This document shows positions 16,679-26,068 of a stretch of 56,762 nucleotides of DNA, piece after piece. A program made the position numbers and the translations under genes. The notes below the pieces were generated by a model. That model searched no databases, was not told where the DNA came from, and saw nothing but the letters and a program-made list of their open reading frames with translations. Positions within the stretch are counted from its first letter, which is position 1; every line of letters starts with the position of its first letter. This DNA comes from Candidatus Methanophagaceae archaeon GoMg1 (lineage in GTDB: Archaea; Halobacteriota; Syntropharchaeia; Alkanophagales; Methanospirareceae): NCBI GenBank assembly GCA_013180605.1, contig QBUL01000188.1, positions 1 to 56,762 on the forward strand, given 5' to 3'.

Positions 16679-19105
16679 ATGTACATGAAAAAAGTCATCG
16701 GTGTCGCAGCGGTGATTATGGTAATAATGGCGATAGTGCTTATCGCTTTTTCTTCTATGGTATCAGCGTATGCTGTCGAAAGAACCTTTGATGAAGAGGG
16801 CGGCGAGATGACATATAACGGTACATGCCCTACTAAGGTGGATAAGGACCCAATTAAGATTTCTGCGTATGAAGGTGAAAAAATCAAATTTGCGAACGAA
16901 ACGAACGTTTCAGTAGCTGTCACCGTCTCAGGACCCTATCGACGTGACGGAGATTGTGTATCCGGCTGTGCTGACTATTTCGTGAGAGCTGGCGAGTCCT
17001 GGAACTCGGGCAGTATGAAAACTGGCTACTTCTTCAAAGTTTGCGATGCTGAAGGTGATGGTTGCTGGTTCAGCGTTGATAAACAGTCTTTCCGCTTGAA
17101 GCTTGTGGACGATATAGATAAAGTGCGAGAGAAAGAGAGTTTTGACCTCACACTAAAAACAAACAACAAGAAGGGAGGTTTTATGAAGCTGACCATCGAA
17201 GACAATGAAGGGTATTCGATAATGAATGCCAACGGCATAGACATATACGAGGTTCTTGTGAATTACACGCAGAGGGAATTTACCTCTGACCCTGTTGATG
17301 CTGAGGGTAATCCGGTAGACGGAATAAAACATGATGCAGAGGGTAAGCTTGTTTTCAACACCGCGCAACTGGACATGAGAAAAGGTAGATACGAGATAAT
17401 CTTAGAGGACTATGCAACAGAGGTGGAGAAGACAGTGGATATAAGAGTTGAGAAGTGGTATCTGGAAATGGAGTGCAGCGAAGAAGTCGTAAAGGGCTGG
17501 GAGGACATTGTTATAACAATACATAGCTCGTTCTATGAGAAAGAAGTGAACATAACGGTTGAGGGTATCCTCGGGTGGGAAGAAAAGACACTAACTCTTG
17601 ACGATGAAGGCAAGAAAAGGGTAAGGATTCCCACAAAAAATGTGGACTACGGCAGGTATAAAGTAACGGTTAAACTGTCTGAGTTTCCGGCATGTGCGGA
17701 AACCAGATATGTGCTGATAAAGAAAGGCAAAACGAGCTTAGAAGTGCCTGAGACTGCAACTGTCGGTGACATCGTGTATATAGACGGAACTTCTGACTAT
17801 GGTTATTTGGCAGTTTTCGTAATTGATGAGGTGTATAAAAGCGATGCAGCAATAGTTGATGATAAATTTGAATGGTACTGGGAAACAAGCGGAGAGCTTG
17901 AAGGTGGCAGAGAGATTGAGGTTTTTATACTTAACGACCGTCCCTCTAAAATTTCCATTGGTGACTACGTGAGTAAGGACTGGCAGAGAGAAGAGGGTGT
18001 GGACGCAACGGCAAGCATATCCTTATTTCCTCCAATGTTACGCATGACAGTCCCAAAACGCATAGCTGAGAGTGATGATGTGGTAATAAGTGGCGAAGCT
18101 ACTGGAACAGACCGTGTTTATATCATTGCCATCAACAAAGAAGGAGATGTGGTGTTCCCACCTGATGGAATTGCGAGAGCGACTCCTGTCGAGGAAGAGG
18201 AGTGGGAGGAGAATATTGGCGAACTCGACTCCGGAAATTATACTGTGATTTCTCTCCATAAAGGAAAGGATGGGAGAACTAATGCCATAGAAAACGGTAA
18301 GTGGGCAGCAGGTGGCGAAAACAAAACCTTAGAGGAAAGAGTGGCAATCCTTATGGATGCGATTCAGTCGGCAGGCAGGGATGATCTATTTGTGCTATTT
18401 AATTTCACAATTGAGGCATCGTATGTTAGTTTTAATCCGATTGAAAATATAACAATTGGAGGACCATTAGAAATAACCGGCAAAACAAACCGAGAACCTG
18501 GGACAAAGATCGGAATATGGACAGTTGAAGGGCCTGCAATGCTGCCTCCTGTTATAACAGAGGTTGAATGGCCGACTGCTGATCAAGGCATGTTCACAGC
18601 GACAATTGATACCTATGATGCGGTTCCAGGGATATATACGCTTAAAGCGGAGGATGGCGATTTGAATACAGACACAGCAACCGTAGAAATACGTGTGCCG
18701 CCACCGCTTGCACCTGAAATTTCCATTTCTACCGACAAGAAAGAATATTCTCCAAGCGATGTAATCAAAACAACGATTCGTCTTTCAAATCCAACAGGCA
18801 GCACTCAAAACATGCTGTTCAAATGGTATTTTATCCGGGATCACAACAATGGGACGAAGATAGAGCAAAAAGCGATAAATCTGCCGGCAAACGATGATCA
18901 AACATCTACTACTTCAATTCCTGTGGATGAGTGGGGAAATGAAAGCTTCTGTGGGTGCTACATCGTTTCGTTGACGAACACAACAACAAATAACGTCGTA
19001 AGCGTAGATTCTGCTTCCTGGATTTATCTGCCAAGCGCGGAGTGTAAAAGCAAAACATCCGCGGAAATCGCAAAAGAAATTGAGGGAGTGGAGTTGCAGA
19101 GTTAA
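16679..19105 (+). CDS. Large secreted surface protein (about 808 aa)
   Basis: Start trimmed to MYMKKVIGVAAVIMVIMAIVLIAFSSMVSAYA (signal or anchor) with GGAGGG upstream. Acidic multi-domain body. The C-terminal domain is paralogous to 16191-16520. Confidence 0.75.
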   Translation: MYMKKVIGVAAVIMVIMAIVLIAFSSMVSAYAVERTFDEEGGEMTYNGTCPTKVDKDPIKISAYEGEKIKFANETNVSVAVTVSGPYRRDGDCVSGCADYFVRAGESWNSGSMKTGYFFKVCDAEGDGCWFSVDKQSFRLKLVDDIDKVREKESFDLTLKTNNKKGGFMKLTIEDNEGYSIMNANGIDIYEVLVNYTQREFTSDPVDAEGNPVDGIKHDAEGKLVFNTAQLDMRKGRYEIILEDYATEVEKTVDIRVEKWYLEMECSEEVVKGWEDIVITIHSSFYEKEVNITVEGILGWEEKTLTLDDEGKKRVRIPTKNVDYGRYKVTVKLSEFPACAETRYVLIKKGKTSLEVPETATVGDIVYIDGTSDYGYLAVFVIDEVYKSDAAIVDDKFEWYWETSGELEGGREIEVFILNDRPSKISIGDYVSKDWQREEGVDATASISLFPPMLRMTVPKRIAESDDVVISGEATGTDRVYIIAINKEGDVVFPPDGIARATPVEEEEWEENIGELDSGNYTVISLHKGKDGRTNAIENGKWAAGGENKTLEERVAILMDAIQSAGRDDLFVLFNFTIEASYVSFNPIENITIGGPLEITGKTNREPGTKIGIWTVEGPAMLPPVITEVEWPTADQGMFTATIDTYDAVPGIYTLKAEDGDLNTDTATVEIRVPPPLAPEISISTDKKEYSPSDVIKTTIRLSNPTGSTQNMLFKWYFIRDHNNGTKIEQKAINLPANDDQTSTTSIPVDEWGNESFCGCYIVSLTNTTTNNVVSVDSASWIYLPSAECKSKTSAEIAKEIEGVELQS

Positions 19106-19324
19106 AACTCTACTCGGGTTTATTTTTTATTTAGAGCGCTAAGGGATGCAGAGGAGGTATTTGAATTCAGTAAACGGTTAATAAAGCAATAAATCCGCTC
19201 CTATACAGCCACCCAGCGCTAAGAAAAAAATGTGGTTTTGAGTAAACCAATCTTATCCACAACACGACCGAAAAATTTAAATATGAAAAGAGAAGTAAAA
19301 AACTTAGGAGGTGAAAAAAGGAAA

Positions 19325-20989
19325 ATGAAAATAGCTAAAGGGATAGTTGCAGTAGCGATAGCAATGCTGGTAGCGTTGGGAAGTGTTTCCCTGGTCATAG
19401 CGCAAGAAGCGGACATATCAGAAATAGTAGGAGAAATTGACAAAAATATGGATGAGCTTAAAGAAGCCACCGAGACCATACACAGCCAGACGGACGTGAT
19501 CCTTGGTGTTGAGGGTATGCCTGATGAAGTAAAAGATATGGCTGAGACAGTTCATCTGAGCAGCCACGGTCTCGAGTTCTTTGGGGTTTATATGGACAAC
19601 TATATCGGGAAGCTTGATACCTTTAAAGCAGAGCCTGCGAAGAACAAATCAAAAATTTTGGTTACTGCCGGGAAAATCGAAGCACTCCGGAAAATGTCTA
19701 TAGACACTGAAGATGCAAGTGAGTTTGTAACATTGATGGAGCTGCCGGTTATGGGGTACTCGCCACATGATTTGGTACATGTACTTATAGAGGGCCCGGA
19801 TGTCAAAGCAGCACCGGAAGCCAAAAGTGCTGCAGACACTGTACATGTGGCTCTGCATGATTTCCGCGATGCTGCCCAAGCTATGAGGCTCAATTTAGAA
19901 GAACTTGAATATATCTTGGCAGAGCCACCAGTTACGGTAGATATATCAGCACCGGCGGAAGGAATTGACAAGGATATGGATGTGCTTAAAGAAGCCACCG
20001 TGGTCATATTCGAGCAGACGGACGTGATTCTTGGTGTAGAAGGCATACCGGAAGAAGTGGCAGATATGACTGAGACAGTTCATCTGAGTTCCCACGCTCT
20101 CAAGCACTTTGAGGTTTATATGGAAAGATATGTCGGGAAGCTTGAGACCTATAAAGCCGAGCCTGAAAAGAATAAAGCAAAAATTTTGGTTGCTGCCGGA
20201 AAAATCGAAGCACTTCGGAAACTGTATATAGACACAGAAAATGCACCTGACTTTGTAACTGCTATGGAGTTGCCGGTTACAGGTAAATCGCCACATGAGT
20301 TAATGCGTGTACTTATGGAGGACCCGGTTGTCATAACATCACCGGAAGCCAAAAGTGCTGCAGATGCTGTACACACTGCTGTGCATGATCTCGAAGGTGC
20401 TGCCCAAGCTATGAGGCTCAATTTAGAAGAGCTTGAACATATATTAGAAGAACTTGAAGAAGAAGCTACAACAATGCTTCTTCGAGAAAATTGGAACTTT
20501 ATTTCAGTCCCTAAAGAGCTTGCAGATGGAAACAACACTTTCAAGCAGGTTTTTGGCGATGTTAACACTTCTGGGAACCCTATTTACTGTTACCGTAACG
20601 CAACCGAAGGAGGGCAAGCAGTAACTGCAACTGAAGAAGTCAAACCTCTCTGGGGCTACTGGATTTACTCTGCGGAAATGATAGCGGTGAATTTGACTTA
20701 CGACACTTATCCGCTCAGAACGCCGCCGACAAGACAGCTATACAAAGGTTGGAATGCAATTGGGTTCTCAGACACAACAGCAGCGCCAGCGAATTCTGCT
20801 TTAACTTCCATCGAGAAAAACTGGGCTTATTTAATTGGTTTTGACTCCGATAAACAAGAATATGAGACTGCGATAATAAACAACGATGACGCAGGTGGAA
20901 TGCATGACGAAGACAATTTAATGTACCCAATGAAAGGTTACTGGATTTACGTGGCCGAAGATTGCGAATTAGCAGGAATTAGTGTATGA
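19325..20989 (+). CDS. Secreted protein with an internally duplicated ~165-aa helical domain and a C-terminal GYWIY domain
   Basis: Start trimmed to MKIAKGIVAVAIAMLVALGSVSLVIAQEA after AGGAGGTG. Two repeats, then a domain with WNFISVP...GYWIY...GWNAIGF...GYWIYV. Confidence 0.7.
   Translation: MKIAKGIVAVAIAMLVALGSVSLVIAQEADISEIVGEIDKNMDELKEATETIHSQTDVILGVEGMPDEVKDMAETVHLSSHGLEFFGVYMDNYIGKLDTFKAEPAKNKSKILVTAGKIEALRKMSIDTEDASEFVTLMELPVMGYSPHDLVHVLIEGPDVKAAPEAKSAADTVHVALHDFRDAAQAMRLNLEELEYILAEPPVTVDISAPAEGIDKDMDVLKEATVVIFEQTDVILGVEGIPEEVADMTETVHLSSHALKHFEVYMERYVGKLETYKAEPEKNKAKILVAAGKIEALRKLYIDTENAPDFVTAMELPVTGKSPHELMRVLMEDPVVITSPEAKSAADAVHTAVHDLEGAAQAMRLNLEELEHILEELEEEATTMLLRENWNFISVPKELADGNNTFKQVFGDVNTSGNPIYCYRNATEGGQAVTATEEVKPLWGYWIYSAEMIAVNLTYDTYPLRTPPTRQLYKGWNAIGFSDTTAAPANSALTSIEKNWAYLIGFDSDKQEYETAIINNDDAGGMHDEDNLMYPMKGYWIYVAEDCELAGISV
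19433..20452 (+). repeat. In-gene tandem duplication (two ~490-nt units, period 528 nt)
   Basis: GEIDKNMDELKEATETIHSQTDVILGVEGMPDEV...AMRLNLEELEYIL versus EGIDKDMDVLKEATVVIFEQTDVILGVEGIPEEV...AMRLNLEELEHIL. Confidence 0.8.
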
Positions 20990-20991
20990 AA

Positions 20992-21078
20992 AATGACGGC
21001 ACACACAACGGCACAGAATTCACCGATGCAAATGGAAAGAGATACAACAATTGGATCCCCGCAGTAAGGTTGGAATAG
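20992..21078 (+). pseudogene. Orphan C-terminal gene fragment (28 codons)
   Basis: NDGTHNGTEFTDANGKRYNNWIPAVRLE* matches the extreme C-terminus of the Kelch-like gene (SEFVDANGRVYYDWIPAIKLYF*). No upstream ORF in this frame. Confidence 0.5.
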
Positions 21079-21239
21079 ACGGGGATTTTTTTTATTTTAA
21101 ATATTTTTCTTTTTTTCTTTCTTATTTTTAGCACTCCCGAATGCTCTTTCTTCTGGACGATATTTTAAAAAGTATTAATCCTATTATTAGATTGGGAATT
21201 AACCAAAGAAATAAAAAGGTAGGAGGATAATAAGAAAAG

Positions 21240-21368
21240 ATGGCGAAAAATAAGAGAGCGAGCAGGAAGAAGGAGAAAAGTAGTGGAAGATGGCAGAGAG
21301 CAATAATAGGACTCTTAATGGCGCTGATAATGGTTGGTTCGGTGATTGCATTATTGTTTCAGCTGTGA
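21240..21368 (+). CDS. Possible 42-aa single-TM mini-protein, or N-terminal stump of a surface-protein gene
   Basis: MAKNKRASRKKEKSSGRWQRAIIGLLMALIMVGSVIALLFQL*. Strong AGGAGG 10 nt upstream. Resembles the basic-then-TM anchors of neighbouring surface proteins. Confidence 0.3.
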   Translation: MAKNKRASRKKEKSSGRWQRAIIGLLMALIMVGSVIALLFQL

Positions 21369-21389
21369 AATGTAACCACAATATTACAC

Positions 21390-21482
21390 AACACTTTTTC
21401 TTTTTTGCAAAAAGAAAACCTGTGCTAAAAGAAAAACAAATAAGTTCTTTTGGTAAAGCTTTTCTTTCTAAGAAAAGGTTTC
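21390..21482 (-). repeat. Two-palindrome A/T-rich repeat element, copy B3
   Basis: The reverse complement reads aaaccttttcttagaaagaaaagctttaccaaaagaacttatttgtttttcttttagcacaggttttctttttgcaaaaaagaaaaagtgtt. Confidence 0.7.
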
Positions 21483-21501
21483 TTGTGAAATCTCGTAGTT
21501 T

Positions 21502-22200
21502 TTACTTTAACTGCACAAATTCCTTCTTTATCTTGTTCGCATATAGATGAGCGATTCGCGTGGGTTCAGGTAGCTTATGCTTACGGATGCAATTTCTTGT
21601 CAGCTGCAGCGAACTTTGTAGCGATATTTTATGCCCTGGCGCTACGATTAGGGGTCTACAGCCCTTTTTACTCTTGAGATAATATCCTATTTCTCTACCT
21701 TTGTATTTTATCATACGCGCTTCGCCTTCGGTCATCGGCACTTCACCACTGCCACACAGAAGGTTCTTTGCCACACCCACGGTCGCTACGTCTAGAACAA
21801 CACCTACATGCGTGGCTAATCCCGCAAACCTCGGATGGTTTACTCCTCCGCCATCTATTACTAACAGGTTGGGCTTGGTTGTGTTTTCAAGTGCATGAAA
21901 AGCGTCTATTATGGCTGGCGCTTCTCTGAACGAAAGAAGCCCGGGGATATAAGGGAAATCCACAGGCAGCACCGAGTATGAATAATTGACAAATCTCATG
22001 GATGGGTATTCGAGCACTACAACCGCAGATATTATTTTCTCTTGTCTATCTTTATTTTCAGTATTGTTTTTTGATTCGTAAAAGAAAGCCTGGTCTGCAC
22101 CTGCGATTAGTTTTAAGCCTTCTAAGCTCAGTTTATCTTCTATTAGCGCTTTTGATGCGATTTCTCGCTGTATGCGATACAGTTGTTCGGTGGTTTTCAT
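21502..22200 (-). CDS. nfi: Endonuclease V
   Basis: IAGADQAF, PYIPGLLSFREAP, LLVIDGGGVNHPRFAGLATHVGV and VGVAK. Start trimmed to ATG 22200 (MKTTEQLYRIQ). Confidence 0.9.
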   Translation of the reverse strand: MKTTEQLYRIQREIASKALIEDKLSLEGLKLIAGADQAFFYESKNNTENKDRQEKIISAVVVLEYPSMRFVNYSYSVLPVDFPYIPGLLSFREAPAIIDAFHALENTTKPNLLVIDGGGVNHPRFAGLATHVGVVLDVATVGVAKNLLCGSGEVPMTEGEARMIKYKGREIGYYLKSKKGCRPLIVAPGHKISLQSSLQLTRNCIRKHKLPEPTRIAHLYANKIKKEFVQLK

Positions 22201-22332
22201 TGTATATAAAGTATAATTTAAGTTTGACATTGCTGATCTTAACCACAGATTGCGCAGATTACACAAATTTTGCACTTTGCATTTTGTTTTGTCTGTGTTA
22301 ATCTGCGTTAATCTGTGTCCATAATTTATTTT
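22201..22332 (-). promoter_or_regulatory. Intergenic cassette (left and right modules) abutting the nfi ATG
   Basis: Gene strand: aaataaattatggacacagattaacgcagattaacacagac ... gtgtaatctgcgcaatctgtggttaag ... cttaaattatactttatataca-ATG. The right module has a 10-nt deletion relative to consensus. Confidence 0.6.
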
Positions 22333-22335
22333 TTC

Positions 22336-22381
22336 TTGGTCTCGTGAAAATCTGTGTAATCTGGTGGTTAATAATTTTCGG
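22336..22381 (-). repeat. Repeat element E2
   Basis: ccgaaaattattaaccaccagattacacagattttcacgagaccaag on the minus strand, 20 nt downstream of the Mut7-C gene stop. Confidence 0.6.
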
Positions 22382-22400
22382 TATGAAACAACAGGCTGCC

Positions 22401-22916
22401 TCAGAATTCAGAAGTCTCCTCATTTAACTCTCTCAACCGCTCACGCATATTCCTCCAGTGACTCCCTTCCCAGTATATTCTGCCACAGCGTTCGCAAACC
22501 CAGAAATCACACTCCCCTATCATGCTCGTTGGCACATAACTTTTCTCTCTCAGTATCTCCTCTTCCCCTCCCTCTACTTTCCTTATCCTCGCATTGCATT
22601 CGCTGCACCTGACCGGAACGGGTTCGAGGTTTAAGGCGATATTATGCCGAAGCAACTCTTTCAATTGTTCCATCACATCGTCGGTTTTTATTTGAACGCA
22701 CTGCACACCCCTTTTCATCGCGGCCAATGCGAGATTTTTGTCTCGAGTGAGCAATATTCGTGTCTCGTGCTCTGCCAAGGCGACAAGGGCTTTATCCTCG
22801 TCTTCATTACCTGCACCGATTTTACCGTTTACTTCCGCCGCGTAAACAGTATCATATCCAAGGACACGCAGCCATGTGCTTAACTTTCCTAACATTCTGT
22901 CGGTTACGAATCGCAA
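22401..22916 (-). CDS. Mut7-C (DUF82) PIN-like RNase domain protein with C-terminal zinc ribbon
   Basis: FVTDRMLGKLSTWLRVLGYDT, LLTRD, CSECN...CERCG. TTG start or the internal ATG are both possible. Confidence 0.8.
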   Translation of the reverse strand: MRFVTDRMLGKLSTWLRVLGYDTVYAAEVNGKIGAGNEDEDKALVALAEHETRILLTRDKNLALAAMKRGVQCVQIKTDDVMEQLKELLRHNIALNLEPVPVRCSECNARIRKVEGGEEEILREKSYVPTSMIGECDFWVCERCGRIYWEGSHWRNMRERLRELNEETSEF

Positions 22917-23015
22917 GGTTCCTGTTCCTTCCTCTTCTTTTTCTCTACAACATCAAAAGTATTTATACCATGGACTGATGCTATATAAAATGAAGAATTA
23001 GAAGGAGGTGAAAAA

Positions 23016-23942
23016 ATGAAAAGAAAAGCAATTGCAGGATTAATAGCCGTAGTTGCAATCGTAGCAGTTGCGATGTTTGCAGGATGCATTGAGGAGGAGC
23101 GAATGAGTACAGCAGAAATAAAAGAGATGGTCCTTGCTACTGCTGAAAACATAGATAATTACAAGTTTGACATGAATATGACACAGAATATGCTAATAAG
23201 CAACGAGACTAATGAAACAGAGATGACGACGCTAAACACTGGAAATGGCGTAGTGGACAATATAAACAAAAAAATGAAGCTGGAGATGACGATAACGATG
23301 AAAATGCCTGAGAAAGCAGAAATGCCTGAGACAAAGGAAATAAAGATGGACATATATTTCATCAATAACACCATGTACACGAAGATGGATATGGGCATTC
23401 CAAAGATGCCCGCGCATTGGACAAAGATGGAAATGCCCGAGGGCTACGAGGAATTATGGGAATCGCGGAACCAGGTAGACAAGCAAATGGAACTGCTGAA
23501 CATTTCAAAGGTGGAACTATTGGAAGATGAAAAGGTGAACGGTGTGGATTGCTATGTGCTAAAACTCACACCTGACATCGAGAAGTACTGGAAGACCGTG
23601 ATGAAGCAAGAAGGGATGAGCGAACTAATGCAAAACCTGCGACAGAACGATAGCTTTGACATAGGAAACATGATAAAGGAGATGTCTATAAAGCAATGGA
23701 TTGCAAAGGATACGAAGTTCCCGATGAAAACAGAAATGCAAATAAAAATGGCGATGAGCTCCGCAGACTTGAACATACCTGAAACGGAGGAGGAATTTAC
23801 AATGACGATGGATCAAAGAACCAACATAGTTTTCTATGACTATAACAAGCCGGTGACGATAGAATTGCCAAAAGAGGCGGAAAGTGCAGTCGAGTATCCA
23901 ATGTTTCCACCGCTGAATCAAACAGCTACAACTGCGGCATAA
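23016..23942 (+). CDS. Lipoprotein with a LolA-like fold and a Met-rich segment
   Basis: Signal plus lipobox-like MFAGC. VNGVDCYVLKLTPD is typical of LolA-like/DUF4367-type proteins. Dense MxxM-type stretch at MKLEMTITMKMPEKAEMPETKEIKM. Confidence 0.55.
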   Translation: MKRKAIAGLIAVVAIVAVAMFAGCIEEERMSTAEIKEMVLATAENIDNYKFDMNMTQNMLISNETNETEMTTLNTGNGVVDNINKKMKLEMTITMKMPEKAEMPETKEIKMDIYFINNTMYTKMDMGIPKMPAHWTKMEMPEGYEELWESRNQVDKQMELLNISKVELLEDEKVNGVDCYVLKLTPDIEKYWKTVMKQEGMSELMQNLRQNDSFDIGNMIKEMSIKQWIAKDTKFPMKTEMQIKMAMSSADLNIPETEEEFTMTMDQRTNIVFYDYNKPVTIELPKEAESAVEYPMFPPLNQTATTAA

Positions 23943-23987
23943 GTAAATACGAGATATAACTTATAAAGAGGATTTCTTCCTCTTATT

Positions 23988-24314
23988 TTATTTTTTTAAA
24001 TCAAAAAAAAACAGGAAAAGAGTTTCTTCAAATTTTACCACTTTTCTGCCTTTTATCTCTACTCCTTCCGCGCTCAGAAGCTTTATCTTCTTCTCCACGC
24101 CTGAGCTATAACCTCCAATGTCTCCATCACTTCTAACCACGCGATGACAAGGAACAACAATAGGATACGGATTTGTAGCAACTGCCTGTCCAACAGCACG
24201 AGCAGCGCGAACAGAGCCCGTTAGTTCTCTTGCTATCTCTCCATACGTGGTTACTTTTCCCTCGGGTATTTGCTTTACCAGGTTCAATACTGCGTCTTGA
24301 AAATATCCATCCAT
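23988..24314 (-). CDS. MGMT-family protein (O6-alkylguanine-DNA alkyltransferase DNA-binding/active-site domain only)
   Basis: 108 aa. TYGEIA...AVG.A...NP.PIVVPCHRVV has the PCHR active-site motif. No N-terminal Ada/Ogt domain. Confidence 0.85.
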   Translation of the reverse strand: MDGYFQDAVLNLVKQIPEGKVTTYGEIARELTGSVRAARAVGQAVATNPYPIVVPCHRVVRSDGDIGGYSSGVEKKIKLLSAEGVEIKGRKVVKFEETLFLFFFDLKK

Positions 24315-24357
24315 AGTTTATAAAAACAAATATGAACAATAATATCATTTTAACACT

Positions 24358-26067
24358 ATGACAGTAAATGGACATCACAGAGCGGTATTCATTGTCATTG
24401 CAATAACTCTACTTTCTACCGGAGCCGCAGCGATGATCTACGAAGTCGCCCTTTTAAGGGAATTTACACTACTTCTCGGCTCTTCTTTTTATTCCGGCTC
24501 GATAGTTTTAGCTTCGATAATGGGCGGTCTCGCTGTTGGCAGCCTCATCATCGGCAAACTCTCAGATAGAACCAAGAATCCATTCCTCCTGCTATTCATA
24601 TTAGAAATGCTTATTGCCCTTATTTCTCTTGTTATCGTGCCAGCCACGAGGAGACTCGCACTTTGCGATACATGGATGCTGACTGACGGAATAATTTATG
24701 CATTCGAGTTCATCAATCTCAAACCCACTTCATGGCATGTTCTGCTATTCTACAGTTCGTGCATTTTGCTCGTTCCCGCCGTATTGATGGGCGGCGAACT
24801 CCCGGTAGCCATAAACATATTATCAAAATACAAAACGGAAAAAATCGGCGAAGTATCCGGATATTCATATTTTCTGGATACCATAGGAGGAATCTTCGGG
24901 GCAATTTCTGCCGGGCTCATAATGATTCCTCTACTCGGCTCAATAGCGACAGTCCACACCGGAGGAATCCTGAATACAACAGGGGCAGTGAGTGTGGCAC
25001 TGTTCATGATATTCTTTCGGAGTTCTGATAACCCTTCAAAGGCACTCTCTTCAAAGAACAAAAATCGAACTAATCGAAAGATTATTTCGGTTATTATAGT
25101 TATAATAATGGCTCTTTTTCTCTCGCTCTTTGCTATGGGCTACCACAAGGCAGAGCAGTTGGAATATACCACGGTTGGGGATTTGTATCGTGGACAGGTT
25201 ATCCTTGAGCGAACACAGAGCAGATACCAGACGATAACAGTAATAGACCATGATATTCTTGGACGTGTTCTGTTCCTGGATGGCCAAGTGCAAATATCCG
25301 AGAGTGATGATGAGCCATATTCGGAGGCGCTGGTATTACCCGCCGCAGTTACTTTACTGAATAACGCACATAAACATAATCTTGATGTCCTCATCATTGG
25401 CGGTGGCGACCTCGGCGTCTTAGAAGTATTAACGAGGTTCTCTGATGACAAAATAGGAAACATAACACTCGTGGATTTAGACCCCGGAGTAATAGAAATA
25501 TCGAAGAAATATTTGGTAAGTATACACAACGATTCATGGAAAGACCATAGATATGAGTATGTGGCGATGGACGGAAGGAAATATATAGAAGAAGCGCTTA
25601 GGGACAGTAAAAAGTTCGACCTCGTTATTTTAGACCTGCCTGACCCCAATAATGATATTCTCGCAACTTTTTATTCGCTGGAGTTCTATAATGACGTTTA
25701 TTCTTTGCTGGATGAAGATGGGATAATGGCTACGCAGGCTACGCAGGCAGACTGGGCGTTAGGTGCTGACGGATACGTAATAATTGCAAATACATTGCGA
25801 CAGTCACGATTTCCGGTTGTTCGGATGTATACGCAGTATATACCAAGTTTCGGGCAATGGGGATTTGCAATCGCATCCAAACGTTATGACCCACTGCAAA
25901 TACGTGACGATGAGATTGCAGATGTCTTAGCGGCTATCGAAACAAACACATACAGCGAAAAGACACATTTTTCGCTCTTTGCACTTCCTCCATGGCTTTT
26001 ACAAGATATGGAAAATACGCAGCTTATAAATACGATTGATAAACCGGTAATAATTAAGGAGTATTAA
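24358..26067 (+). CDS. Polytopic-membrane-fused spermidine synthase-like aminopropyltransferase
   Basis: ~250-aa multi-TM N-terminus, then YQTITVIDH..GRVLFLDGQVQISESDDEPYSEALV, IIGGGDLG and ILDLPDP (SpeE-type motifs). Confidence 0.75.
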   Translation: MTVNGHHRAVFIVIAITLLSTGAAAMIYEVALLREFTLLLGSSFYSGSIVLASIMGGLAVGSLIIGKLSDRTKNPFLLLFILEMLIALISLVIVPATRRLALCDTWMLTDGIIYAFEFINLKPTSWHVLLFYSSCILLVPAVLMGGELPVAINILSKYKTEKIGEVSGYSYFLDTIGGIFGAISAGLIMIPLLGSIATVHTGGILNTTGAVSVALFMIFFRSSDNPSKALSSKNKNRTNRKIISVIIVIIMALFLSLFAMGYHKAEQLEYTTVGDLYRGQVILERTQSRYQTITVIDHDILGRVLFLDGQVQISESDDEPYSEALVLPAAVTLLNNAHKHNLDVLIIGGGDLGVLEVLTRFSDDKIGNITLVDLDPGVIEISKKYLVSIHNDSWKDHRYEYVAMDGRKYIEEALRDSKKFDLVILDLPDPNNDILATFYSLEFYNDVYSLLDEDGIMATQATQADWALGADGYVIIANTLRQSRFPVVRMYTQYIPSFGQWGFAIASKRYDPLQIRDDEIADVLAAIETNTYSEKTHFSLFALPPWLLQDMENTQLINTIDKPVIIKEY

Positions 26068-26068
26068 G

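Noticed and set aside
22201-22264. Claim that nfi is leaderless like asd and UPF0282.
   Set aside because: This cassette copy has a 10-nt deletion, which puts TTAAATT only 15-21 nt from the ATG. That is too close for a standard TATA-to-start distance, so the actual nfi promoter and start site are unclear.
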